The notes below the pieces were generated by a model that was not told the DNA's origin, searched no databases, and worked only from the letters and a program-made list of their open reading frames with translations. The translations under genes and the position numbers were made by a program. A DNA stretch of 63,765 bases, the filler included, from an uncultured virus (IMG/VR IMGVR_UViG_2049941000_000602) (lineage: Duplodnaviria; Heunggongvirae; Uroviricota; Caudoviricetes). It is 12 parts of one record of this genome, joined end to end, with 100 filler letters (N's around TTAATTAATTAA, not from the genome) between each part and the next. Parts side by side here need not be neighbours in the genome. Positions count along the whole stretch, not along the records: positions 43,698 to 56,293 come from IMGVR_UViG_2049941000_000602; 11 more parts are not named here. One strand, 5' to 3'. Of the stretch, positions 44,357-51,991 are shown piece after piece (position 1 is the stretch's first letter; each line of letters starts with the position of its first letter).

Positions 44357-45229
44357 CCAGCCGGGGAAGTGCGTCTTGTTCACGTAGTCCCTCGCCTCGT
44401 CCTCGGGGGAATCCGGGGATGACAGGTGCTGCAGCTCGGGACGCTCGTACCTGAGGATGATATCCTTGATGAGCCTGTGCCTGATGATGTCCTCAACGTC
44501 GAGCTCGACGAACCCGACCCTCCGGACGCCCTTCAGGAGGTCCATGGCGTGACTGAAGCCCGACGTCACCCTGGACGGCAGGTCGCACTGCTGGCTGTCG
44601 CCGCAGATTACCATCTTCGAATTCCGGCCGAGCCTGGTAAGCATCGTCTTCATCTGCGAGATGGTCACGTTCTGGAACTCGTCGCAGACGATGAAGGAGT
44701 TGGCGAGAGTCGAACCGCGGATGTAGGCCAGCGGGCACACCTGCACGAGGTCGTAGAAGGACTTGCGCTCGCGGGCGTCCTCGTCCTTCCTGACTGCGCG
44801 GAGGCGCTTCTTTTCCTTGGCGGACAGCATCTCCGGCATCTGCTCCGGCTCGGTCAGCTTCTCGTCGCGTCCGCCCTTGATGAGCGATATCGCGTCGTAC
44901 AGCGGCTGCATGTAGGGGGCCACCTTCTCGTCCATGGTTCCCGGGAGGAAGCCGAGCTCCTCGCCAGACGTGACTACGGGGCGGGTCAGGACCAGCCTCT
45001 CGTACACCCCGGCGTCGATACCGGCTATGCCAAGCCAGGTGGCTATGGCCGTCTTGCCGGTTCCCGAGGGACCGTTCACGAAGATGATGTCGTTTGCTTG
45101 AATCGCGTCGACTAGGGCCTGCTGTCCCTGTGTCCTTGCGTAGATTGGCTTCCCCTTCCTGGTACGGATGATTTCCGTTCCGCGGAAGCCCTGGTCGTAT
45201 TCATCGGCTCGCGCCGTCTGCTTGCACAT
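44357..45229 (-). CDS. phoH: PhoH family ATPase
   Basis: T.GQ, GPSGTGKT, LTRPVV.SGEELGFLPG...EKV.PY, PLAYIRGSTL, DEFQN, LTRLG, GDSQQCDL, DIIRH. Confidence 0.95.
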
Positions 45230-45384
45230 GAGCAATCCTTATGATTGTGGTCACTTTGCGGTTTTGTCGCGGGGAACTGCCCCGTTACCAAATTTACTTC
45301 AAGTTTAGAGGATTTGGACCGGAAACTCGAAAAATTCCGGGATTCCGCATATTCCAACTTGGAATAAAATTCTTTTGCGTCGCG

Positions 45385-45418
45385 ATTTCCCGGGAATTTC
45401 CGGGAATTTCCGGGGAAA
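45385..45418. repeat. Three tandem approx. 10-bp quasi-palindromic units ATTTCC(C)GGG(A/G)A
   Basis: ATTTCCCGGGAATTTCCGGGAATTTCCGGGGAAA. Confidence 0.75.
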
Positions 45419-45425
45419 GCTGAAT

Positions 45426-45466
45426 TATCAACAGGATATCAACAGCTTATCAACAAAATATCAACA
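45426..45466. repeat. Four TATCAACA direct repeats at exact 11-bp spacing (DnaA-box/iteron-like)
   Basis: Copies start at 45426, 45437, 45448, 45459. Confidence 0.9.
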
Positions 45467-45501
45467 CCTCCGGGAGACCCCGGGACATATAATCTTCGAA
45501 C

Positions 45502-46065
45502 ATGGACGACACATACGATGGCGAAGATTTCGCCCAGGAGAGTAGTGCGGAGCGAATAATCCGGCTTACGGGAGAAATCTCCGAGGAAACTTCGGAGAAA
45601 TTCATCCTTAATCTTCACAGAGTCGCAAAAATCCCGGGCGAAATCATCGTCATCGTGTCCAGCGAAGGCGGGGACATAGAGGAGGGCCTCCGCATAATCG
45701 ACGCCATACAGATTGCCAAGGCAAACGGGTGCCCCGTAAAAACGGTCACTTCAGGCAAGGCCTATTCGATGGGTGCGTACATCGCCTGCACCGGGGACAC
45801 CCGGACAATCTACCCGCATTCCAGGCTCATGTTCCACGGGAGCCGATTCGAGGGCACCGACGATGGCCAGGTCCTGACCGTGGGCGAGCTGCAGAAGATG
45901 CAAGGCGAGCTGTCCCTCTCCAACGACGTATTCCGCGAGATTCTTTCCGGGCTCGGCCTCGATTCCGCCATGGTGGAACGCATGCTCTCCGGCGAAGTAT
46001 ACGTAAATGCCAAGGAAGCAATCTCCCTTGGCATTATGAATTCCATAGAAACAGAGGTAATCTAG
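45502..46065 (+). CDS. clpP: ClpP-like protease subunit
   Basis: RII.LTGEI, SSEGGD..EG..I.DAI, GKAYSMG (Ser), SRLMFH (His), A.EA..LG. Confidence 0.88.
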   Translation: MDDTYDGEDFAQESSAERIIRLTGEISEETSEKFILNLHRVAKIPGEIIVIVSSEGGDIEEGLRIIDAIQIAKANGCPVKTVTSGKAYSMGAYIACTGDTRTIYPHSRLMFHGSRFEGTDDGQVLTVGELQKMQGELSLSNDVFREILSGLGLDSAMVERMLSGEVYVNAKEAISLGIMNSIETEVI

Positions 46066-46218
46066 TTAGTATTCGGTGCATCCAGTGATGTAGGCCTTGC
46101 GGACGTCCGCGGCCATCTTCGGCGTTGGCCTTTCCGGGGCTTCCGGGTATTCCGTCTGGTCGAACCGGTGGGCCCTAGCGATGAGCATCTGGTTCTCCCG
46201 GAGGAACTNNNNNNNNNN

Positions 46219-46371
46219 TGCCTTCCCGGCGATTGTCTTGAACTTGTCGACTAGGCCCTCGTTGATGGCGTACGCCTTGAGGACCGCCTCGAGCACCGGC
46301 CGGTTCTCCTCGGACTTCCTGGAGAGCACAGCGCCGATGAATTTCTTCTGTCTTTCGTTCAGTTCGGTCAT
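46219..46371 (-). CDS. Putative virion protein N-terminus
   Basis: MTELNERQKKF...VLEAVLKAYAINEG; GAGG RBS; ATAAACT at 46392..46398. Confidence 0.55.
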
Positions 46372-46391
46372 AAACGTTTCCTCGATTTGCA

Positions 46392-46416
46392 AGTTTATCT
46401 ACTTTTGCTATATTTG
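46392..46416. promoter_or_regulatory. Back-to-back ATAAACT (minus) and TTGCTATATTTG (plus) promoters
   Basis: AGTTTAT 46392..46398; TTGCTATATTTG 46405..46416. Confidence 0.7.
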
Positions 46417-46443
46417 TATGGACCATAAACGCAGGGACCGAAC

Positions 46444-47832
46444 GTGAAACTACTTACAAAAGACCAGCTTACCGACGACCAGAAAGAGGCACTGCAGTAC
46501 ATGCACGACTTCATCGAGGGCCCGAACCGGGAGATGGTCCTTAGGGGACCTGCAGGTACCGGCAAGACCTCGCTAGTGAACGTGCTCCTGGCCGAGCTGG
46601 ACAAGGCCAAGTTCTACGAGTACATCTGCACGGCGACGACCAACAAGGCCGTCGAAGTCATCTCCAGGAACACCGGGAGGGAATTCGACCGCACCATCTA
46701 CTCCCTTGAGGGCCTCACGGTGAAGGACGAGGACGACAGGGGTGCAAAGCTCGTCCGCGAGCCCGGCGCCCAGTCCAAGCTGAAGGACTACGACCTCATC
46801 ATCGTCGACGAGGCGTCGATGGTTCCACTGCAACTCATCCAGGAAATCGAGTACGACCTTCTCGAGCACAGTCGTCCGAAGGTAATCTACATCGGCGACC
46901 CGTGCCAGCTTCCCCCTGTTTCCGATAAGCTGCTCGGCATGAGCGAGTCCATGATATTCCAGCTGCCCCTGTGGTTCGAACTGACGAAGGTCATGAGGAC
47001 CGCGCTCGACAACCCTATCCTGAAGCTCGTCACCGGGATGCGCGAGGACATGACCTCGGAAGGCGACCGGTTCGAGTACGTCGACTCCCTGACCGAGGAG
47101 GGTGACGGGGTCAGGTTCTACGACAACCGTAAAAAATTCATGGACACCATGTACGAATGCTTTCTGTCCGAGGAATACAAGAAGGACACCGACCACTGCA
47201 TGGCGGTGGCCTGGCGGAACATTTCAGTCGACGCAATAAACGCGGCGGTCAGGAAGCGTATCTACCCGGACATGGAGGCTGAATATGCCGAGGGCGAGGA
47301 AGTCCGTACGGCGATAGCCTTCCGCAGGCCGGTCCCGGGGAAGAAGGACGTGTTCTACCCGGTGTATTCCATGGAGGAGCGCCTGAAGATACTGGAAGTC
47401 GAGGAGGATACCGACCCCCGGTATGAACTGGAGTGCTACAAGGTTACCGTCTGCAACTTCCGCGCCCTGCCTAAGAACCGCACGACCACAATCGCGTTCA
47501 TCCTGAAGAAGATTTCCATCGAGAAGTACAACATCCTGCTGACCGAGAAGGCCGCTGAGTGCAAGGAGCGAGAGAAGGAGCCGGGCCATGACGGGAAGGG
47601 CCACCTGTACACCAAGAAGGAGGCCTGGGCCCCGTACAACGACCTCCGCAGGTACTACCTGTGGGTTGATTACATCTACGCGATGACAACGCACAAGGCC
47701 CAGGGCACAACTGTGCAGAATGTCTTCGTCGTGGAACGCGACATGAACCTGAACCAGGACGTAATCGAACGGAACAAGCTGAAGTACACGGCGTTCACCC
47801 GTGCGGCCAAGAGACTCCATGTCCTTATTTAA
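46444..47832 (+). CDS. SF1B DNA helicase, Dda/RecD-like
   Basis: GPAGTGKT, TATTNKA, IIVDEASM, IGDPCQLPPV, LTKVMR, YAMTTHKAQGTT, YTAFTRA. Confidence 0.92.
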   Translation: MKLLTKDQLTDDQKEALQYMHDFIEGPNREMVLRGPAGTGKTSLVNVLLAELDKAKFYEYICTATTNKAVEVISRNTGREFDRTIYSLEGLTVKDEDDRGAKLVREPGAQSKLKDYDLIIVDEASMVPLQLIQEIEYDLLEHSRPKVIYIGDPCQLPPVSDKLLGMSESMIFQLPLWFELTKVMRTALDNPILKLVTGMREDMTSEGDRFEYVDSLTEEGDGVRFYDNRKKFMDTMYECFLSEEYKKDTDHCMAVAWRNISVDAINAAVRKRIYPDMEAEYAEGEEVRTAIAFRRPVPGKKDVFYPVYSMEERLKILEVEEDTDPRYELECYKVTVCNFRALPKNRTTTIAFILKKISIEKYNILLTEKAAECKEREKEPGHDGKGHLYTKKEAWAPYNDLRRYYLWVDYIYAMTTHKAQGTTVQNVFVVERDMNLNQDVIERNKLKYTAFTRAAKRLHVLI

Positions 47833-47851
47833 TTGCTATATTTACTGTACT

Positions 47852-48013
47852 ATGAAGAAAATGAAGAAAGAATACAAGAAACCAGAAATGAACGTAATGT
47901 CGTTCGAACACACGCCGCAACTCCTTTCCGGTTCCGGGGAGGACCAGTGGTGGGTACCGCCCGAAGAGAAGGAAGGATGCGAGACACCCTGGTGGTGCCC
48001 GAAAGAGAGTTAG
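47852..48013 (+). CDS. 53-aa peptide with RiPP-leader-like N-terminus
   Basis: MKKMKKEYKKPEMNVMSFEHTPQLLSGS then GEDQWWVPPEEKEGCETPWWCPKES; promoter motif at 47833..47844. Confidence 0.7.
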   Translation: MKKMKKEYKKPEMNVMSFEHTPQLLSGSGEDQWWVPPEEKEGCETPWWCPKES

Positions 48014-48015
48014 CT

Positions 48016-48252
48016 ATGGTGAAACATGAGAAATGCCACGGCGTATCCGACGTCGACAAGTTCCTTAACCGGTCTGGCCTCAGGCTGGACCAGGTACAGA
48101 TTGTGTACGGCCTGAGTAAGTTCGGCGGTGACTACTACGTGTTCTACGAGGCACCGGACGAGAAGCCGTCCCGCCGCAAGGCGCCCGAACCTGACGACAC
48201 CCTGGAGCTAGTCCCGGTAGACAAGACGGAAGGGGAGAAGTCCAATGGCTGA
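48016..48252 (+). CDS. Hypothetical protein
   Basis: Tightly packed in operon, MVKHEKCHG...YYVFYE. Confidence 0.55.
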   Translation: MVKHEKCHGVSDVDKFLNRSGLRLDQVQIVYGLSKFGGDYYVFYEAPDEKPSRRKAPEPDDTLELVPVDKTEGEKSNG

Positions 48253-48592
48253 CGAGACTGAAATCTTCACGCGGACATATGACGACGGCAAGGTCGTGGA
48301 CAGTATGCTGAACCCTGACCGGCTCGATGCTCTCTACGAGAAAATACGGGATATCCACAAGAAGGAATTCCCGGACTGGTCCATACCGCAAGTGATACAG
48401 CACATCATATTCTGGGACAGGGCGTTCCGGTGGGAATGGAGAACGGACGAACAGTTCCTCAAGATGCTGCAGGACTATGCGGACGAATTACACAAGGAAC
48501 AGGACGAACTTTTCGAGGAATGTCTCGGTAAATCCGACCCCGAGAAACCTATACTGACGCAGGAGAAGAAACCATGTACGGAAAATCCCTAG
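48245..48592 (+). CDS. Hypothetical phage protein
   Basis: M.NPDRLD.....I...H....PDW...Q.I pattern; overlapping start/stop with neighbours. Confidence 0.65.
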   Translation: MADETEIFTRTYDDGKVVDSMLNPDRLDALYEKIRDIHKKEFPDWSIPQVIQHIIFWDRAFRWEWRTDEQFLKMLQDYADELHKEQDELFEECLGKSDPEKPILTQEKKPCTENP

Positions 48593-49982
48593 CACATATC
48601 GAGAAAATCAAGGCAATCCATCCAATCGAGGGTGCCGACAACATCGAGCGAGTGACGGTGCTCGACTGGAACCTTGTCGCCAAGAAGGGCGAGTTCCAGG
48701 TTGGCGACCTTGCCCTCTATGTCGAAATCGGTGCCATTCTCCCGGACGGCCTGGAGGATGCCGACCGTAGCCGCGTGAAGGAACTGGAGAAGATTATCTC
48801 CGAGCACAAGAAGTACGCCAACGCCTGCGCCAAGGCCAAGGAGAAGGGCAAGGAACCACCCGCCCCCAATACCGAGCTCATGCCGCAGGAAGACGCCGAG
48901 AAGGAAATGGCCGAAATCCAGGCGAAATCCAAGTACCCGTACTTCGAGTTCCTCCGTCCCAGGAAGTTCAAGATTAAGACGATGAACCTCACCAAGTTCA
49001 ACGTGATTTCCCAGGGCATCCTGTTCAAGACCGACGTAATTGGCCTGAATCCGTCCGAGGTAAAGCTCGGTGCGGACTTCACCGAACGATTCGCCATCAC
49101 CGAGGAGGTAGAGGACGAGGAAGAGGCCGGCCTTACATCCAAGCCGCTCTGGGGCCCGTTCAAGTTCTTCGACAAGAAGCTGATGCGCTACGCCTGGTAC
49201 CGCAACTGGAAGAAGTCCCGCGCCGAGAAGGCCGAGTGGTTCCCGTGGTTCCCGGCAAAGTCCGACGAGACCAACGCACAGAAGATTTACTCGGAACTCC
49301 TGGAGAAGTACGGCGACCGTATATGGGTGGCCACCGAGAAACTGGAAGGCCAGTCCATCACAATCTGCTCGCGCGAGGTCACCGGGTTCTTCGGCAAGAA
49401 GAAAAAGAAGATTTACGTCGCTTCCCGTACCCGCAACCTTCCCTGGAAGGGCTGCTCCACGATGAAGTTCTGGAAGACCGTGAAGAAGCACGGCTACGAC
49501 GATAAGCTGAAGGCCGTTCCCGGTGAATGGTTCATCCGCGGCGAGCATGTCGGCGACGGCATCCAGAAGAACATCTACGAGCTCAACGGGAACGATATCA
49601 GGTTCTACGACTTCATGCCGTTCGACAAGGAAGCCGGCAAGTTCGTGAAGAAGCTCAACTACCAGGAAAGCCTCGTGTTCTCCGAGAAGTACGGGTTCCC
49701 GTACGTCCCGGTCATCGACGACAACTTCAAGCTCCCGGCCGACGTGCAGGACATGCTCCGCATNNNNNNNNNNAGTTCTCCGAGAAGTACGGGTTCCCGT
49801 ACGTCCCGGTAATCGACGACAACTTCAAGCTCCCGGCCGACGTGCAGGACATGCTCCGCATTTCCACCGGGAAGACCGTCTTCGGCAACAACCTCAAGCA
49901 TCTCCGCGAAGGGCTGGTCCTCCGTCTCAAGGACGACTACTCCGTATCCTTCAAGGCGAAATCTCCGGACTACAGCATATGA
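48574..49982 (+). CDS. RNA ligase, DRB0094/Rnl2-like
   Basis: LAHIEKI..I.PIEGADNIE...V..W..V.KKGEF, ISQG, motif I TEKLEGQS, V.SR, RGE..G.GIQKN.Y, FYD, REGLV, SFKA.S..Y; short duplication across gap at 49764. Confidence 0.92.
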
Positions 49983-50305
49983 GCGAAGACCTGAAGAACG
50001 AGGCCGGGGACGAGGAGCTCAACCGGCAGTACCGCACCGCCCTGCACACGCTCGAGGAAATCCACAAGAGGAAACTCATCGAGTCGATAGCGAACGGGAT
50101 GGACCCTTACAGCTCCCAGAAGCAGAACTCCTCCGGGTGCGGGTGCGTGTTGTGGACCCTCTTCATGCTGATGATAGGGTTCACCGGGGCGGCCTGCATG
50201 TCGTGGATGTTCAACCACTCGATGCTGCAGGCGTTCGTGCACGGGCTGATTGGCTGGATATACATCTGCTACAAGGCGTTCTGGTACGTAGTTACCACCT
50301 ATTAG
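49979..50305 (+). CDS. Small membrane protein
   Basis: Two C-terminal hydrophobic helices; ATGA overlap. Confidence 0.7.
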   Translation: MSEDLKNEAGDEELNRQYRTALHTLEEIHKRKLIESIANGMDPYSSQKQNSSGCGCVLWTLFMLMIGFTGAACMSWMFNHSMLQAFVHGLIGWIYICYKAFWYVVTTY

Positions 50306-50335
50306 AAGTACGGGACACGCCGTCCCGCTACTTTT

Positions 50336-50347
50336 TTGCTATATTTG
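50336..50347 (+). promoter_or_regulatory. Putative early/host-type promoter TTGCTATATTTG directly after a terminator hairpin
   Basis: Contains TAnnTTTG; hairpin CGGGAC-N5-GTCCCG plus T tract at 50311..50337. Confidence 0.7.
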
Positions 50348-50387
50348 GATTACGTACATCATAAAACACTCACAAGGAAACACAACA

Positions 50388-51206
50388 ATGTCCATTAAAG
50401 TAAGAACGAAAGTCATCACCCCGGCAATCGCCGAGGCCATGCTCCGCACCTCCGCCGAACTCGGCGCAATCAACCGCAAGCTCAACAACAGGCACGTCGA
50501 GCTCTACGCCAACGAAATCCGCTCCAACCGCTGGAAGCTCAACGGCGACGCAATCCGCCTAGACGACGACGGCAGAATCCTCGACGGCCAGCACCGCCTC
50601 CATGCATGCGTACTCGCCGGAATCCCCTTCACGACCATCGTGATGACCGGCGTGGACGCCAACACGTTCGACACCATCGACTGCGGCCGCGTCCGCACTA
50701 CCTCCCAGGTACTCCAGATGGCCGACGTCAAGTACAATTCGCTGGTATCCAGTATCATCCGCGGCGCTTCCGAAATCCGTTCAGTCGGCCACACCGACAT
50801 GAAGGAGAAGCGCCTCTCCAACACGGCGGCACTCGCCGAATACAACACCAATGCCGAGCTCTACAACCGCGCAGCCGCAATCAGCTCGTCCGCGGTCAAC
50901 GAATCCCACGCCGTCCCGCCGAAGCTCGTCGGCTCCGTGTACTACTACCTAGTCCACGACCTCAAGCAGGACGAGGAGAAGGTCGAGAAGTTCGTCCGCG
51001 AAATGGTCTCGTTCGACAGCAGCTCCAGCGCCATCATCGACAAGCTCCGCAAGTGGAACCTCGCCAACCGCGCTGTCAAGGTGTCCGACCGCACCCGTCT
51101 CGGTTTCATCATCCTCACCTGGAACGCCTGGATTAGCGGCTCCCGCAAGGCACCGCGCTTCTCCGAGGCCAACATCGAGGAAATGCCAGTATTCATCGGA
51201 AAATAA
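50388..51206 (+). CDS. ParB/Srx-like (DGQHR) phage protein
   Basis: ITP..A..ML, NRKL, YA.......W.LNG..I.....G..LDGQHRL.A, FDTID.G..RT. Confidence 0.8.
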   Translation: MSIKVRTKVITPAIAEAMLRTSAELGAINRKLNNRHVELYANEIRSNRWKLNGDAIRLDDDGRILDGQHRLHACVLAGIPFTTIVMTGVDANTFDTIDCGRVRTTSQVLQMADVKYNSLVSSIIRGASEIRSVGHTDMKEKRLSNTAALAEYNTNAELYNRAAAISSSAVNESHAVPPKLVGSVYYYLVHDLKQDEEKVEKFVREMVSFDSSSSAIIDKLRKWNLANRAVKVSDRTRLGFIILTWNAWISGSRKAPRFSEANIEEMPVFIGK

Positions 51207-51214
51207 GGAAACAG

Positions 51215-51904
51215 ATGCGCAACAATTTCTTCATCCAGTCCCCGTACGTCCAGCTCCTGGACGAAAACCGCAAGTCCCTCGGCACGATGCCCTCGGGAAA
51301 GGCCAAGGACATCGCGAACAACAGGGACATCCTGCTCGTCCTCGTAGACGGCAGGGCAAACCCGCCGGTGTACGCACTCGGCACGGGCCCCAAGGACGAA
51401 ATCATGACCTCCACGGTCCGACTCATGGACAGCAACCGGGAGAACCTCGGCGTCATGAGCGCGGCCGACGCCAGGAAGCTGGCCGAGGAACGCGGCGAGG
51501 ACATCATCGTCCTCAACCCGAAGGCCGACCCGAACGTCTGCATGCTCGGCGACAGGAAGAAGTACGAATACGAACGCAAGAAGGCAGCCAAGGAAAACGA
51601 GAAGAAGCAGCGCTCCGCCGCCAAGTCGAACGAGCTGAAGGAGCTCAAGCTCCCCGCCGACACCTCCGATTCCTCCAAGGGAGACCGCGTAAGGCTGTTC
51701 TCCCGCGCCGCCGAATTCGTGGCCGAGGGGCATCCGGTGCGCCTCAGCGTCCGTTTCCGCGGTCGAATGATGGCCCATTCGTCCGACGTAATGCAGAGAC
51801 TCTACGAGGAGGCCGTCGCGGCAATCCCCGGCGCGAACATCGCCGAACCGTCCGCAGCAGGCAACATCTTCGCGATGCTCTGCACGCCAAGCAAGAAGAA
51901 ATAG
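51215..51904 (+). CDS. infC: Translation initiation factor IF-3 with tandem N-terminal domains
   Basis: Two N/E.I....V.L.D.N...LG.M....A...A......L..V...A.P.V units, KYEYE.KK linker, LKELKL, F..EGH.V...VRFRGR. Confidence 0.88.
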   Translation: MRNNFFIQSPYVQLLDENRKSLGTMPSGKAKDIANNRDILLVLVDGRANPPVYALGTGPKDEIMTSTVRLMDSNRENLGVMSAADARKLAEERGEDIIVLNPKADPNVCMLGDRKKYEYERKKAAKENEKKQRSAAKSNELKELKLPADTSDSSKGDRVRLFSRAAEFVAEGHPVRLSVRFRGRMMAHSSDVMQRLYEEAVAAIPGANIAEPSAAGNIFAMLCTPSKKK

Positions 51905-51924
51905 CTATTACCTCTGTTGATAAC

Positions 51925-51955
51925 AAGGGCCCCGGGAGAAATCCCGGGGCCCTTT
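51925..51955. terminator. Terminator hairpin
   Basis: AAGGGCCCCGGGA-GAAA-TCCCGGGGCCCTT. Confidence 0.85.
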
Positions 51956-51991
51956 CTGGTGTTTTCGTGAACCTGGCTACTNNNNNNNNNN

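Noticed and set aside
45426..45466. CRISPR or mini-array
   Set aside because: 8-bp repeat with 3-bp spacers is far too short; no CRISPR-like repeat-spacer array or cas gene seen anywhere
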